Shown: in pieces, positions 50,401-61,745 of the stretch
How the letters are laid out: each line of letters begins with the position of its first letter
Position numbering within the stretch: the stretch's first letter is position 1
From: Anthoceros angustus
Taxonomy: Eukaryota; Plantae; Anthocerotophyta
DNA length: 64,000 nucleotides
Assembly (NCBI GenBank): GCA_010909165.1
Contig: MU008214.1
Location: 62,001 to 126,000, forward strand
Reading direction: 5' to 3'
Position numbers and translations under genes: made by a program
The notes under the pieces: model-generated
Database searches by the model: none
The model's input: the letters and a program-made list of their open reading frames with translations, nothing else
Told to the model about the DNA's origin: nothing

Positions 50401-51865
50401 TCCGCCTTGTATCGGAAATGACTAGCTCGTTGCTGCCAACAAATTACACCATCGGACTTGGGTGTCGTGTTGGTTCTTTGTTCGTGCGCTTGCCTTTCCT
50501 CCAGCCCCTCCACAATCCAACGGGTCGATAGCTCTCATACTTTGGTATAGTAGAAGGGTGGCGCTGCGTGGGAGGAAGAGTCGGGCGCCGCATGCCTGCC
50601 CCCCTTGCTCCGCCACATCCATAAACATGCCTGCATGGGGGTTGGGAGGACTCCACACCACAGCGTAGTAGGGGCCGCATGCCGGCCCTCCTCCTCTTCC
50701 TTGCTCCGCCACATCCATACATGCTGGAGGGGTTGGCGGGGACTCCACCTGAATGGAGTCGGGCGGCATGCGCCGCGCTCCTGGCGGGTTATAAGGGATG
50801 GGCACAAGCATAGAGTCGGGAGGCATGTCATAATCCATTATTTACGCATCTCTAACCTCGGTTTCCAAGTCATCCCCTTCTTCCATCATCTTCGTCGGAT
50901 TGTCCAAGGATGTCGGGCAATGGTCCATCATGCTCATCTTGAGGCCCAGCTCCTCTTCCTCTGCACAGAGGTCCTCTCGTGATTTTGGGAGGGCTGCCCA
51001 GTTCATTGCTCATTTCTCTCCGGTGGTCCACGATAGACTGTGTGACAAAAGCACACAGTTGCTTATAGAAAGCCCTCCCAGCCTGTTGACACACAAAACC
51101 CATAAGCCAACTCACAGCTACATGCAGCTACAAGCGAAATGAAAAGCACAATTCCGAAGCACAACACAATGTTAGCCAACCCGTCCATACGTGTTGATTC
51201 TGTTTTGCCTCTCGGAAGGCAGTTGTCAGCACATCTGGGGAACACTTCTTAAGCTTGAACATCCCAAGGCCCACGGTGATAACCTTGAACTCCTCTGGCA
51301 CTGGGCGAATTTCATCCAGTTGGTGTGGCTTTTTTGTAAGCAGGATCTCGAATTCGGTTCCGTTGCGACAAATCCGGACTTGCCCAACCAACTCTTGATT
51401 TTGGCTTAGCTGGTCCAAACCACAGAACCACTTGAGCGGTGTCCATATGGTCATCATCCAGCCTCGCTTCTGCAAAACCACTCCTTCCCTAGACAATTAA
51501 CGCATCGATTGAGTTAGTCGGGCACGAGAGCATAGTTTCTTCCAAGTTGTATGGCGAAGGCAGATCGGGTTGCGTTTTCTTCTTCCCCTTCAAGCCTCCT
51601 TGTCTTTCGTGGCCCGCCTCCTGTTGTCTTGGCTTTTTGAATTCCGGAGCTCGATTTCTTCGCCGCCCACCCACATCCTCGCCTCCAGCGATGCTGGTTG
51701 CTGCGGCCTGGCGCCACCGGTCCTTGTCGGCCGATTGGGGCTGCGCCATATCCGCGACTTCCTCCGTCGCCTCTGAGTCGCCTTCTTCTTGGTTTCTTAC
51801 ACAATCTCGGAAGGTGGTTCAAGCGAGGCCTAGGTCCTTCTTGCTCGGAGCCCTCCATGCCATGA
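47485..51865 (-). pseudogene. Spliced, degenerate ParB/Srx-like + beta-class N6A/N4C DNA methyltransferase gene
   Basis: MTase: SYSLLVMDVPRG (motif IV-like, ~48625-48660), FVWDKTN, CPYQRPLGLMMKLIKTFSKEGDWILDACAGSGSSLMAALLSGRNCISIE (motifs X-I, 48100-48250). ParB-like, reconstructed over frameshifts at ~49780-50150: QIRRVDEAW, KYIMG, EMRVLA.DHN, KRKMSFIEQV. GT-AG intron 49140-48884; further introns probable at ~50845-50546 and ~51170-51083. Stops, frameshifts and a ~60-bp duplication at 49700-49820. Confidence 0.8.
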
Positions 51866-52829
51866 TTTCGCCACAAGGAACGCGGACGCGCATCAATGGC
51901 ATCACGATTAGAGTTCTCACTTTGAGGTGGAAAGCAACAAATTGGGGAGAAGCACACCTCCTTCCTTGCGTGGGGATGATCCTCAAAGGCCCTACGCATC
52001 CACTGGCAAGCGTTGAATCACTCCCTCTTCTCGCTCGCGGTCCCGCGATCCACAAAGTTGAAGGGGACGTAAAGCCCGTTTCGTGTCTGTGGACAGTGTG
52101 GGGAAATGGTTTTAAAAGACCTTATACGCCCGGACAAGAAGTTAGGGTTCCCCTTCATTTGCCCGATTCTCAGCCGTATCCTCCATGGATTCGCGATCGT
52201 ACATAATACATAAATTCCATTTTAGGATAATGTCTTAACTACCCCTCTTAATGGTGGTGTCGTTTTGGCGGCTGGAGGCGGCGCCATTACGATGGCGTGC
52301 ACTGATTGTTTGCCGTTATAGGTCTACAACTTGTGCATTGGCGGGCGGCGCCTTTCTCGGTGCGTTGGTGGCGTTGAAGTTGGTGGCTTGGGCGTTATAT
52401 TTCCCTTTTCCTGCAGGAGAACACACTTTCGTTTGTGTCGTGGGTGAAGTGGCATCGCCGCGGAATGTTACAGAGACTCACACCGCATGGGCGGTGAAGT
52501 GAGCGATCTTTGTTGTATCCAATGCACTCCATGCAATAATGTTCCCTTGATGTTCTTCTCCCGGCTAAACTTCGCGTTTTCATGTTGCAGGAAGGGAGGA
52601 CTTGCTGTCATCGCAGTTCAACCGAGAGCTGGACGTTGCAAGAAAAAGGAAACGCAATGCAAGATTGAATCGTCCGATCCTCCTGTCCGATGATGCCGCA
52701 CAACACACACGCGTCTCCAAATGGCTTGTGGGTAGTAGATGGTCAGTGTGTTAATTCTGCGTGTAGTTCTGTGCTCACGTTCATGCCAACAGCTGACCAA
52801 AAGAGGCTAGGTTCCCCATGTCACCAAAT

Positions 52830-53700
52830 GGCGCTTGCGGTGAAGGTTGGAGGGGGCGGGTCCAGACCTCACCAAGGATTCCTCGGTGTTCCTCACCAAG
52901 GAACATCAATTTGTATTCACCGTGGAGCGGAGTCCTAGTGGCCGCGCCATGAAGAAGCGAATAGTTCCCACGCACGGTCGTCGCCGGGTTTGTTTCCAAT
53001 TGAGGAAAGGAGGGTGTTCTCGAAACCTCGTCGATGCACCTTTAGTGAGACGAGGAAGGCGACCGCCACCGCAGTCATTCCACCCCAAACCAGGCGAAAC
53101 ATTTGTGGCGCCACGGGACATGCAATCCGTGGTTCGAGAAGGCGGGCAAGTGGAGTTCCTTTGTCGAGCGACTCCGGCGTGTCCACGGACTTGAAGCCAT
53201 CTTGCAACAAGCAATGCGTCCATCAATGTCTAAGGCCAATTTCCATGAGCAACGTTATCGTTTCGCGAATGGGGAGGCGAGCAAGAGACATTTCTTGATC
53301 CCTCCGGTCGTGGACTTACAGGCCACCGAGAAAGGACAAGGTCATCACGCATATAATGGGGGCGGCGCATTCGGTGTTGTTTGCAAGCTTTTGAAGAGTA
53401 TCTTGCCTCGAGAGGTAGAGGAGTTGAAGAGCGGTGTTATGCAATGCACCGTGGATGGGTCAAGAGTGAATCGCGACAACCATCTACACACGGTCAGGGA
53501 GCCGTTGCTGGATGGATAACCGTTTTCAAGTGATGGCGGAAGGCTGCCAAAGCGTTGATGTGTTCCACGGACACGTTCTCAAAGTTGGAGATCCGGGCCC
53601 GATGTCGGCGGATATGACACGGTCTAGTATGCGGTTAGTCGTATCCCTATTTTCTGACCCTCTGGAGGACCAACTTCCCGAAGGTTAGGATTCCAAAGTC
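52830..53700 (+). pseudogene. Degenerate third ORF inside the transposon, family unknown
   Basis: Overlapping protein-like frames (FLTKEHQFVFTVERSPSG, HLWRHGTCNPWFEK, RHFLIPPVVDLQ, GGGAFGVVCKLLKSILP), divergently oriented from the MTase gene. Confidence 0.35.
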
Positions 53701-54631
53701 TAATAGGTTTTCCACTTGCTCTTTATGTGAAGGACCGAAGCGCACCATCCGGAACACTTCCGGCAGAGCAGACCAAGGTTTGTTCTTCATGTCCTGCTGG
53801 GATGTGCATAGTTTCTAAGAACCATTAACACGATAATTTTTGAAGGGGGGGATATATTGACCCCCTTCGGTCATCACAGCACCCCCTTGTCACGAAGAAC
53901 ACCTTACCTAGAACAGCATATGTGCCCTACTTTGATAATGCACACACCCTTTCTAAGGTCATACCAGTGATAAAAGACGCACTTTCAAGTGAACACCCTA
54001 GAACTGGAGTACAGTAGGGTGTGGGCCCGTCTGCGCTTTTGTAGAATGTTTAGAAGGCTGCCATTTTTATATGTTTATTAAAACCGAAAACTTTTACTTT
54101 GAAGTGGTGGAACACAATGAAAACAATCCTGTACTAGAGGGAGTCTCATTTTAATCGTCGTAAGAACATTGCAACAAACATCTGCTAAAGGAGGGAGTGG
54201 TCATCGCCATCGACAATAGTCATTGAAGAGTGCGGCCTGGCGACTCATCCATGCCTTGCATCGACACTGAGTCAAGAACCACCGCCATATTCGGATGCGG
54301 TCCATATCGTCGCCTCAAAGTTATCGTTCTCCTCCATTGCTTGCTCGTCTTCAATAGTATCATTCACAGGCCCACCATCGGCGGTGGCGCCACGCGGCAT
54401 CTGGGTTCTTGACCTCATCCAAAAGGTCGCCCGGTCGTAGTCTTCAACCTTCGGCACTCAATGCAACCACTTGGGCTTTAAGGCAATGCCAGCGTCCTTA
54501 AAATGAACAAAGTTAGTTGCCCATGCGCCCATGCAAGCATCCTTAAAATCAACAAAGTTGAGTTATTAAAAAGATATGAGTTTTGAACCCAGAACCTACT
54601 CATTACTAAACCTTTTTCCCAAACACTAGAC

Positions 54632-55778
54632 CAACAACAACAACAACAACTTTATTTATGTTCACTAAGGATGGGAGAACCATCATGGGGAGAGATAGTC
54701 TGTAAAGAGGTTTAAAAACCGAGTACACTTACGTCGTCGAACTAGAAGCGACTGTATGAGGGAAGCGTAAAAGAAGGCAAAGACTACAAGGAGTCCAACA
54801 AGGACCGCCAAGATCAAGAAGCTCGAGAGACATAGTCCGAGCCTAGGAATGTGGAAAGAGAAAAATCTGCGGCGGAAGCGGCACATTCAAAAGAAGAGAG
54901 TAACGAGACCGAATATCGGCATAGGCAGGACAATAAAAGAGGAAGTGTGATTCAGATTCAGGATCCAAGGAGCAAAGCTTGCAGATCCTATCGTCTTGGG
55001 GAGGGGTAGGCTTGAGCCAACGGTCGGTCTCAATCCGGAGGTGGTGGGAGCTAACACGAAATTGACCTATGAGTGTGCGGAGTTTGAAGGAAAGGGGAGG
55101 CGGTGGCAGGCGGGGTAGGAAATTTACGGAGGAGGATTAACTCGAGCTCGTCTTTGTAAAAGCGGAGTCTAGAAGTGAGAGGGGAAAAGGAAAGAGGGGA
55201 CCGGTGAGGCGAAGGTATCTTAATTTAAGGGCCTATGAATGGAGTGGTTGGGGGATGTGAGAAAGGGGAGTTGGGAGGAGGAGAGGGCCAAGCGAGTCGA
55301 AAAGGTTCAAACTCGAATCTTCTAAGCCGGTTGGCGGCTTGAGAAAGCCGGCAAAAGAAGCTTGTGGGTGATTGAGCGGGCGGCGGAGAACCTAAAGGCA
55401 AGGAGGAGGTAAGGGGATCCAAAATGGGATTAGCAATATCAAGGAGGTGGAGGCGGTAAAGAAAGGATGAGAGGCGAAAAAGGCCATCAAGTTCGAGGGA
55501 AAAGGCTGCAAATTGAGAAAGGAGGATGGGTAATGGAGTTGAGCAGCTTACAAGCAATGTGAGCGGAGAAAGGAAGATTGAACCCTTTCCACCTTCGCCC
55601 AAGAAGAAGGGAAAGATCCGGCCCCAAATTTCAGCGCCATACAAGGCGGAGGAATGACCATAGTGTTGAGCAGTACCTTGATTGATATCACGAAGATTCA
55701 TCAGATAAAGAACGGCGCAAAGCACTGCAGCCCATCCCCTTGGTAGCGGAGGAGGCAGAGGAGGTCCGATTAAGGACA
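54632..55778 (-). mobile_element. 5'-truncated RTEX/RTE-like non-LTR retrotransposon
   Basis: SALYGAEIWG, LLSQFAAFSLEL, LRTLIGQFRVSSHHLRIETDRW...RICKLC...ESHFLFYCPAY (CCHC zinc finger). (GTT)n tail; CAACAA TSD candidate at 54632-54637 and 55779-55784. Confidence 0.85.
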
Positions 55779-55843
55779 CAACAATCCCAAGTTACAACCT
55801 TATTAAGCCACTACATATTAATTTTCTTAAAGACCTATGAGGA

Positions 55844-56892
55844 GGCGGCCGGCCGGCGCCCATGGGTAGGCGGTATGCTAGGGAGGCGCCGGCCGGCGCC
55901 ATGGGCAAGTATGGCGTGTTGGTGGGGGCGCCGGCCGGCGCCCAAGGAGGAGGCGGGCGTCGGGGGGCGCCGGCCGGCCGCCCATGGGCGGTGTGCTGGG
56001 GAGGCGCCGGCCGGCGCCATGACCGAACATCTTGGGGAGGCCGGCCGGCGCCCTCTAGCTCCACCCGCCCGGCGGGTGGTGCTAAGGAGGCGCCGGCCGG
56101 CGCCCGCCCCGCGCCGTGGGCCCACCGATGGGTGGCGTGTGGAGGAGGCGGCCGGCCGGCCGGCGCCCTCCCTCCATGCACCACCCGTCGGTGGGCCTCA
56201 CGTATGGGTGGTGCGTGGAGGCGCCGGCCGGCCGCCTCCCTCCATGCCACCCGTCGGTGGGCCTACGTATGGGTGGTGCGTGGAGGAGGCGGCGCCGGCC
56301 GGCGCCTCCGCGCTCCACCATCGGCACGGTGGTGGTGGTGCGGGGAGGCGGCGCCGGCCGGCCGGCGCCATCCTCCGCGCACCACCAAACCCCGGCGGGT
56401 GGTGCGCGGATAGGGAGGCGCCGGCCGGCGCCCTCCCTCCATGCCACCCGTCGGTGGGCCTCACGTATGGGTGGTGCGTGGAGGAGGCGGCCGGCCGGCC
56501 GGCGCCCTCTAGCTCCACCCGCATGCCCGACGGGTGACAGACGGGCGCCGGCCGGCGCCCTCCATGCACCACCGTGGGGCCTCACGTATGGGTGGTGCGT
56601 GGAGGAGGCGCCGCCGGCCGGCCGCCTGCTCGCGCTCCACCCATCGCAGCCGGCCGGTGGTGGTGCTAAGGAGGCGCCGGCCGGCCGCCGGCCGCCATCC
56701 CTCCGCGCCGCACACCACTGTAAACCCCGACGGGTGGTGCTAAGGAGGCGCCGGCCGGCGCCTCCCTCCATGCACCACCCGTCGGTGGGCCTCACGTATG
56801 GGTGGTGCGTGGAGGAGGCGGCCGGCCGGCGCCTCCTCCATGCACCACCTTATGCCCGACGGGTGAGGGTGACAGGAGCGCCGGCCGGCGCC
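55844..56892. repeat. Array of ~19 copies of the 16-bp palindrome GGCGCCGGCCGGCGCC with variable spacers
   Basis: Counted by eye; some copies are variants. Spacers are about 20-55 nt and several are themselves hairpins (CTCCATGCACCACCCG...TGGGTGGTGCGTGGAG). Confidence 0.92.
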
Positions 56893-57099
56893 CTCCGCCC
56901 ATTGTGGCCCTCCTTCCACGCACTTCGACGTGGCACTTCCATCGAAAATTCAGTAGGCTAACCTTAGAAGCAACCTTGGAATGAAGGCTAACCTTAGAAG
57001 CAAATGCCTCAAATCGAGCCAAGATTTGGTCGGTCAGTGTAGAGGTACTCCTCCAAACATGTATGCGGTGGACAAAAAGCGATAAGGGATAAGCTCTGC

Positions 57100-59503
57100 G
57101 TTGCGTGGCTTAATACAACTGCGAGTCAAAGTGCCGCGAAGATAATGATGACAATGGAGGAGAAGCTGGACCAAGTGATGACGAAGGATTGAACTCGGGG
57201 ATGAGTGGCGAAATCTCGTTTTCCGGGGTCCTGCAGAATTAATGTTGTAAGTCCGTTCGATATTCGTGTTAGGGAAATACCACTGGTGGCTTTTGTGGTG
57301 TCATAACAAAACCACATTTTCCTCCCAAAACTGAGTTTACCGTCCCTTCCGTGAGGCGGCCTTCCTCACCGTTCCTACTTTGCATTATTCCGTAGGTTCG
57401 AGTTTGTGACCACCATTCGACACAAACATTCTTTGGATGGAAAGTAGTAACTTTCTTGGGTGAGACCCTTTTTTTTTTGAGCTGTTTTTTAATGCCTTCA
57501 AAAAAGCTTTAGGCCATCAAAAACCCCTTCGTAGAGATTATTTGCGGAAAACCCCTTGAGATTATTCACCCCTTCAAAATTATCATGTTCATTCTGCGGA
57601 AGGATGCATGACTGGCCTGTTTACATGTCCTGTGCGGAGTGTATATGCATATGTGGCTTCTTAAAAAGGTGGGCCACCGCGACTTGCGTCTCAGTTGTCG
57701 CAGAGGTGTGGCAATGTAGATACCAATGTGCAAGACTCACATAGGTTGCAGCTAGGCGGAAGAGTGCTTCCATTGTCTGGGGCCCAGCACCTTCGACATG
57801 CATACCGGGCGCCCCTCAGCGCCTCGGGAGGCCCGGAGGCCGGTGCCCCATGTCGGTCCGGGAGGGGGCGGCCCCTCGAGCGAGATTAACCGCACCCATG
57901 TTCATGTAGGCCGGTTGTGCAACAATCTGTCTCGATATAATACTTGTCTCCATTTTTGCGAGAGGTTTACTGAAGGAGCTTTGGCATCACAGTGCGACTA
58001 AGCAATGAGAGAGACAAAGCAAAACATCGGTCCAAAAGTTATAGTCAGCCCCACAAGTATATGCAGCTTGCTATCGATGGCATGGACTGGAGAAGACAGA
58101 GCTCCCTCATTTCCTCCGTTATCCCAAAGAGTTGGCGAGGCATCACTTATTAATGTTCATGTGGTGGGATGTATGATACATAATTACACTTTCAAGGCCA
58201 GGGCATATTTACACTACGCTAATCTGCACAACGACGCCAATCTCACTATTCATATAATTCAGGATGTCATATTTTCTTACGAAGGGGTGCTTCCTAAAGT
58301 TCTTTACCTCCAGCTTGATAATACTTGCCGTGAGAACAAGAACCAGCTACTATTCTCGTACCTAAATATGCTCATCGACCTTCAGGTGTTCGTTAAAATA
58401 AAGGTTGGGTTCCTATTGGTTGGTCATACCCATGATCAGGTTGATCAAATGTTTTCTTGTTTCTCGAAGCTTCTTAGGCACAAAGAAGCGTTTACTATTG
58501 ATACACTTTCGGAGATTTTGTGACTTTCACTAGCTTTGAAGTTAAAGTAATAGAGGTGGCGATTTTCGGTCTTATGTATGGCCCATTAAGAAGGGACGAG
58601 AGGATATGCATACAAGGCGGCTGAACCAGTTGAATAATCTTTCCTTCCAACATCAATTTAAAATCACGAGAGAGGCGAGGACCGAGGTCAAGTTACGGTC
58701 ATCGAGTAAGACTCAACATCCCTCAATGGGAATCAAGATGGTTGGAATTTTGAAATTTGTTCCATCAACCACCGTCGCCCCACTCCCTCATGCAAAAGGC
58801 GAGACAAAAAGGGTCAAGATGGAGGTCTTTCACCAACGGCGGCGCACTTGAAGCATGGCTTCGAACTTGGCGACGTATATCACGCCATCGGAGAGGGTGT
58901 GGTGGAGGTTGTTTTGGGTCGACCAGGAAGGAATTGCCACTATTGTGGAGAACAATATTGCTCTAGTGCTTAAACAACCGTGGAGGTGGTACAACAGAGA
59001 AGAGGTGGAGGCCCACATGCCGCCACTTCAAGTGCCGGAGGAGGTTGTGCTTGATGAAGCATTACTAAGAGAAGTTCCTCAACGGGATATGTATTTGGGA
59101 GCTCACAAGAATGCAAGTCGACAACATCAAGAAATAGAAAGGATGAATGGAGATGTCAAAGAGATAAGGAAGTGCATGTTCATTGCAACTCCATGCTCGG
59201 AGATACACATGTGGCTTTCTGGATTGGGAAGGTGGAAAGCGAGACTTGATTGCGAACCCATTTCTTATGGTCCACTGCAGGATCGAGCACACCGATGCTT
59301 TTGAAGGGAAATATGTTGAGGAGTTCTTTGTTAGAGGACCGGACAATCGACGATCGCGAAATGGGAAGAGAGTGGGAAGAGAAATTTACCCAAAAACATT
59401 GAAACTATTTGTGAATAAGACTATTATTCTCTATTATGGGTTCAACCTCAATGCAAGAAAGCACCTTTACGCTCCGACAAGAAGGCTATTCGAGATAGAA
59501 TGA
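57100..59503 (+). pseudogene. DUF7869/Sola-like DDD(E) transposase, frameshifted
   Basis: MQLAIDGMD (58061-58087), LYLQLDNTCRENKN (~58300-58345), FLLVGHTHDQVDQMFS (~58410-58460), C-terminal AFEGKY...IILYYGFNL. Start uncertain; superfamily assignment is inference. Confidence 0.8.
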
Positions 59504-59769
59504 ATCAGCGACCTTATCGCAGCTGGAGAGGAGGACTGACCATGAAGTGGATGATGGATGTCCTTTGGTTGTGAAGGAATTCGATGTCAAGACTAGAGAT
59601 TTTAGGGTTTTGTTTTCACGATAGAGTGAGCGTATGTTGGCTTCGAGTTTCATACTCGGCCGGCGATTACTAGATAGGTTGGTGAACACGGTCGACGCTT
59701 TTACGTCGCTATGTAATGAAGGCGTTCGGGTCCATGCTACGTGGTCTACGTTGTCTTCCAAAATACGTG

Positions 59770-60525
59770 GGCGCCGGCATCTGGCGCCATCATTGACAAT
59801 ACCCTAGCTTGCATTCCTCCTAATATGTTTGAACATTTGTCACATGGGATGGCATTTCATGGGTCCATGTGTTCCCTAGTTCATCCAAGGTTAGTCACTT
59901 GTTTCTACCGTTTGTAGCGGTATAAGCGGTGGGCGCCGGCGCCCACCGCTCCACCTGCCCTACACAGTTCACTCCTCATGTGTTTAAACGTTTTTCAGAA
60001 GGGATGGCATTTCGCGGGGCCATGCGTCCACGAGTTAGTGCAAGGTAAGTCACTTGTTTCTACTGTTTGTAGAAAATATAGATAGTGGAGGCATGCATGC
60101 CTCCACCTCGACAATACCCTAGCCCGCATGCCTCCTCATATGTTTCAACGCGTTTGTCGGATGGGGCGGCATTTCGGGTCCATGTGTCCCCTAGTTCTTT
60201 CAAGGTAAGTCACTTGTTTCTAGTTTAGGGCGGTGTAAGCGGTGGGCGCATGCGCCTCCGCGCTTACACCTCACTCCGCATATGTTACAACGTTTGTCAG
60301 AAGGGACGGCATTTCGCGGGACCATGCGTCCACGAGTTCTGTCCAAGGTAAGTCACTTGTTTCTACCGTCTGTAGAAGATATATACAGTGGAGGCGCCGG
60401 CATGCCGGCGCCTCCATTGACAATACCTCCCTGCACAGTTCAATATCCATATGTTTCGATGTTTGTCAGAAGGGGCGGAATTTCTCGAGTCCATGCGTCC
60501 AAAAGTTCTCTCTAAGGTAAGTCAA
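59770..60525 (+). repeat. Five ~155-bp imperfect tandem units, each with a splice-donor consensus and a GC palindrome
   Basis: AAG-GT(A/T)AGT-CA motif at about 59887, 60042, 60202, 60345 and 60514. Confidence 0.85.
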
Positions 60526-61404
60526 TCTCCTCACTCTTCTGGAGACTTTTGTTCCCCTTGCCAGATTGTTTTTTCTTTGATAGCACCCATCCATGAAGCA
60601 GGTGAGACTCGACAGGTACAAAACACACACCAGAGGCATGGAAACGGCAATTGCATGTCTTGATTTCTGGAAGATGGAAACAGGGACTTGCACCGCTGCA
60701 TGTTGAATTTTCATTGTCATCTCCAATAGTTATTACTCCCTCATTAAAACGGTTTTTCCAAAATCATATACCCTTTACGTACTGAATGAATAGCAAGAGG
60801 CCTCTCTCGTGCCCTCACGCCACCAAAATGTCATGTATGGGCATTATTTCAAGGCAAATGTGTGCCCATCGAGGTTGTATATCCCTTTTCCAGCCTATGT
60901 CATGACATTATCCCGGCCTCGCACAAAGCAACCGTAATTTTGAACCATTTTTGTGGAAAATGGCGATCAGGCGTTGCCCATGTTCCCGGTTACCAGGTTT
61001 ATTCATTGAAAAAGCGCTTCTGTTTATTGAAGCGGTATGAATATTATCGTGTTCTTCACCAAGGCGCCAACAAGCAAAGTTTACACATTTTCGTTCGGAT
61101 CTTGGCGTGAAGCAGCTTTAGCTTGAAGGGGGAGTGTTAGAGATTCAATCCTTTGGTACTTACTCTAGTATATTAGGATATACTAGGATATTGCACTATC
61201 GAGTCTAGGGCTTACCTCCTCGATGGTTGCCTAGCCTAAGGGCTATATATGTAGCACCACTGTGCACCATATTGATGTGTACTGGAGCCTATCTAAGCCG
61301 ATTGGTGCTATTGCGTGTGCCATCCATTGCCTCTGCTTGTGTCTGCTAACTGTGTTGATCCTGTGCGTTGCCCAGACTGTGTTGTGTCTGAGCTAGTTCT
61401 TTCA

Positions 61405-61745
61405 AATGAAAGACACTATAGTTTATAACATTTTTCACTATAGTTTATGACACTTCACAGTTGGTAGAAGCTATCTATAAGAACATATCAATGAAAGACA
61501 CTATAGTTTATAACATTTTTCACTATAGTTTATGACACTTCACAGTTGGTAGAAGCTATCTATAAGAACATATCAATGAAAGACACTATAGTTTATAACA
61601 TTTTTCACTATAGTTTATGATACTTCACAGTTGGTAGGACGTTTTTCAAAAGCTCAGCTAGTCTTCGTACCAATGAAAGACACCATAGTTTATAATACTT
61701 TTCACCATAGTTTATGACGCTTTCTCATAGTTGGTAGGATGCTTT
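61405..61745. repeat. 85-bp tandem repeat (about 4 units)
   Basis: Units start at 61405, 61490, 61575 and 61672. The end of a unit (GAAGCTATCTATAAGAACATATCAATGA) also precedes the 5' LTR at 44288-44315. Confidence 0.9.

Larger units (their letters stand above)
47363..61053 (+). mobile_element. ~13.7-kb cut-and-paste DNA transposon (DUF7869/Sola-like transposase) carrying a ParB-like/DNA methyltransferase gene
   Basis: Perfect 22-bp TIRs AACACGATAATATTCATACCGC (47363-47384; reverse complement at 61032-61053). CTT TSD at 47360-47362 and 61054-61056. Removing the insert restores the Copia RNase H codons GAT ATC TTC ACC AAG (DIFTK). Confidence 0.88.
44316..61404 (+). mobile_element. Ty1/Copia element with both LTRs and TSD, RT mostly deleted, interrupted by a DNA transposon
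   Basis: LTRs 44316-44576 and 61135-61404 (TG...CA, roughly 90% similar by eye). TSD AATGA at 44311-44315 and 61405-61409. PBS 44577-44588, PPT AAGGGGGAG 61126-61134. Degenerate gag, protease, integrase, RT start, then RNase H (EEMVADIF / FTKA). Confidence 0.93.

Noticed and set aside
47485-51865. Bacterial contamination as the source of the MTase
   Set aside because: It has GT-AG introns and lies inside a TSD-flanked transposon nested in a plant Copia element.
54190-54560. Minus-strand coding fragment (FKDAGIALKPKWLH*VPKVEDYDRATFW)
   Set aside because: Short, contains stops, cannot be linked to other exons or assigned a family.
55844-56892. CRISPR array
   Set aside because: Palindromic repeats with spacers look CRISPR-like, but the repeat is only 16 bp, spacers vary widely in length and are related to each other, no cas genes are present, and the context is eukaryotic.
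55740-57022. Long GC-rich ORFs of 150-280 aa over the palindrome array
   Set aside because: Open in nearly all frames because the GC repeat lacks stop codons; no domain signal.
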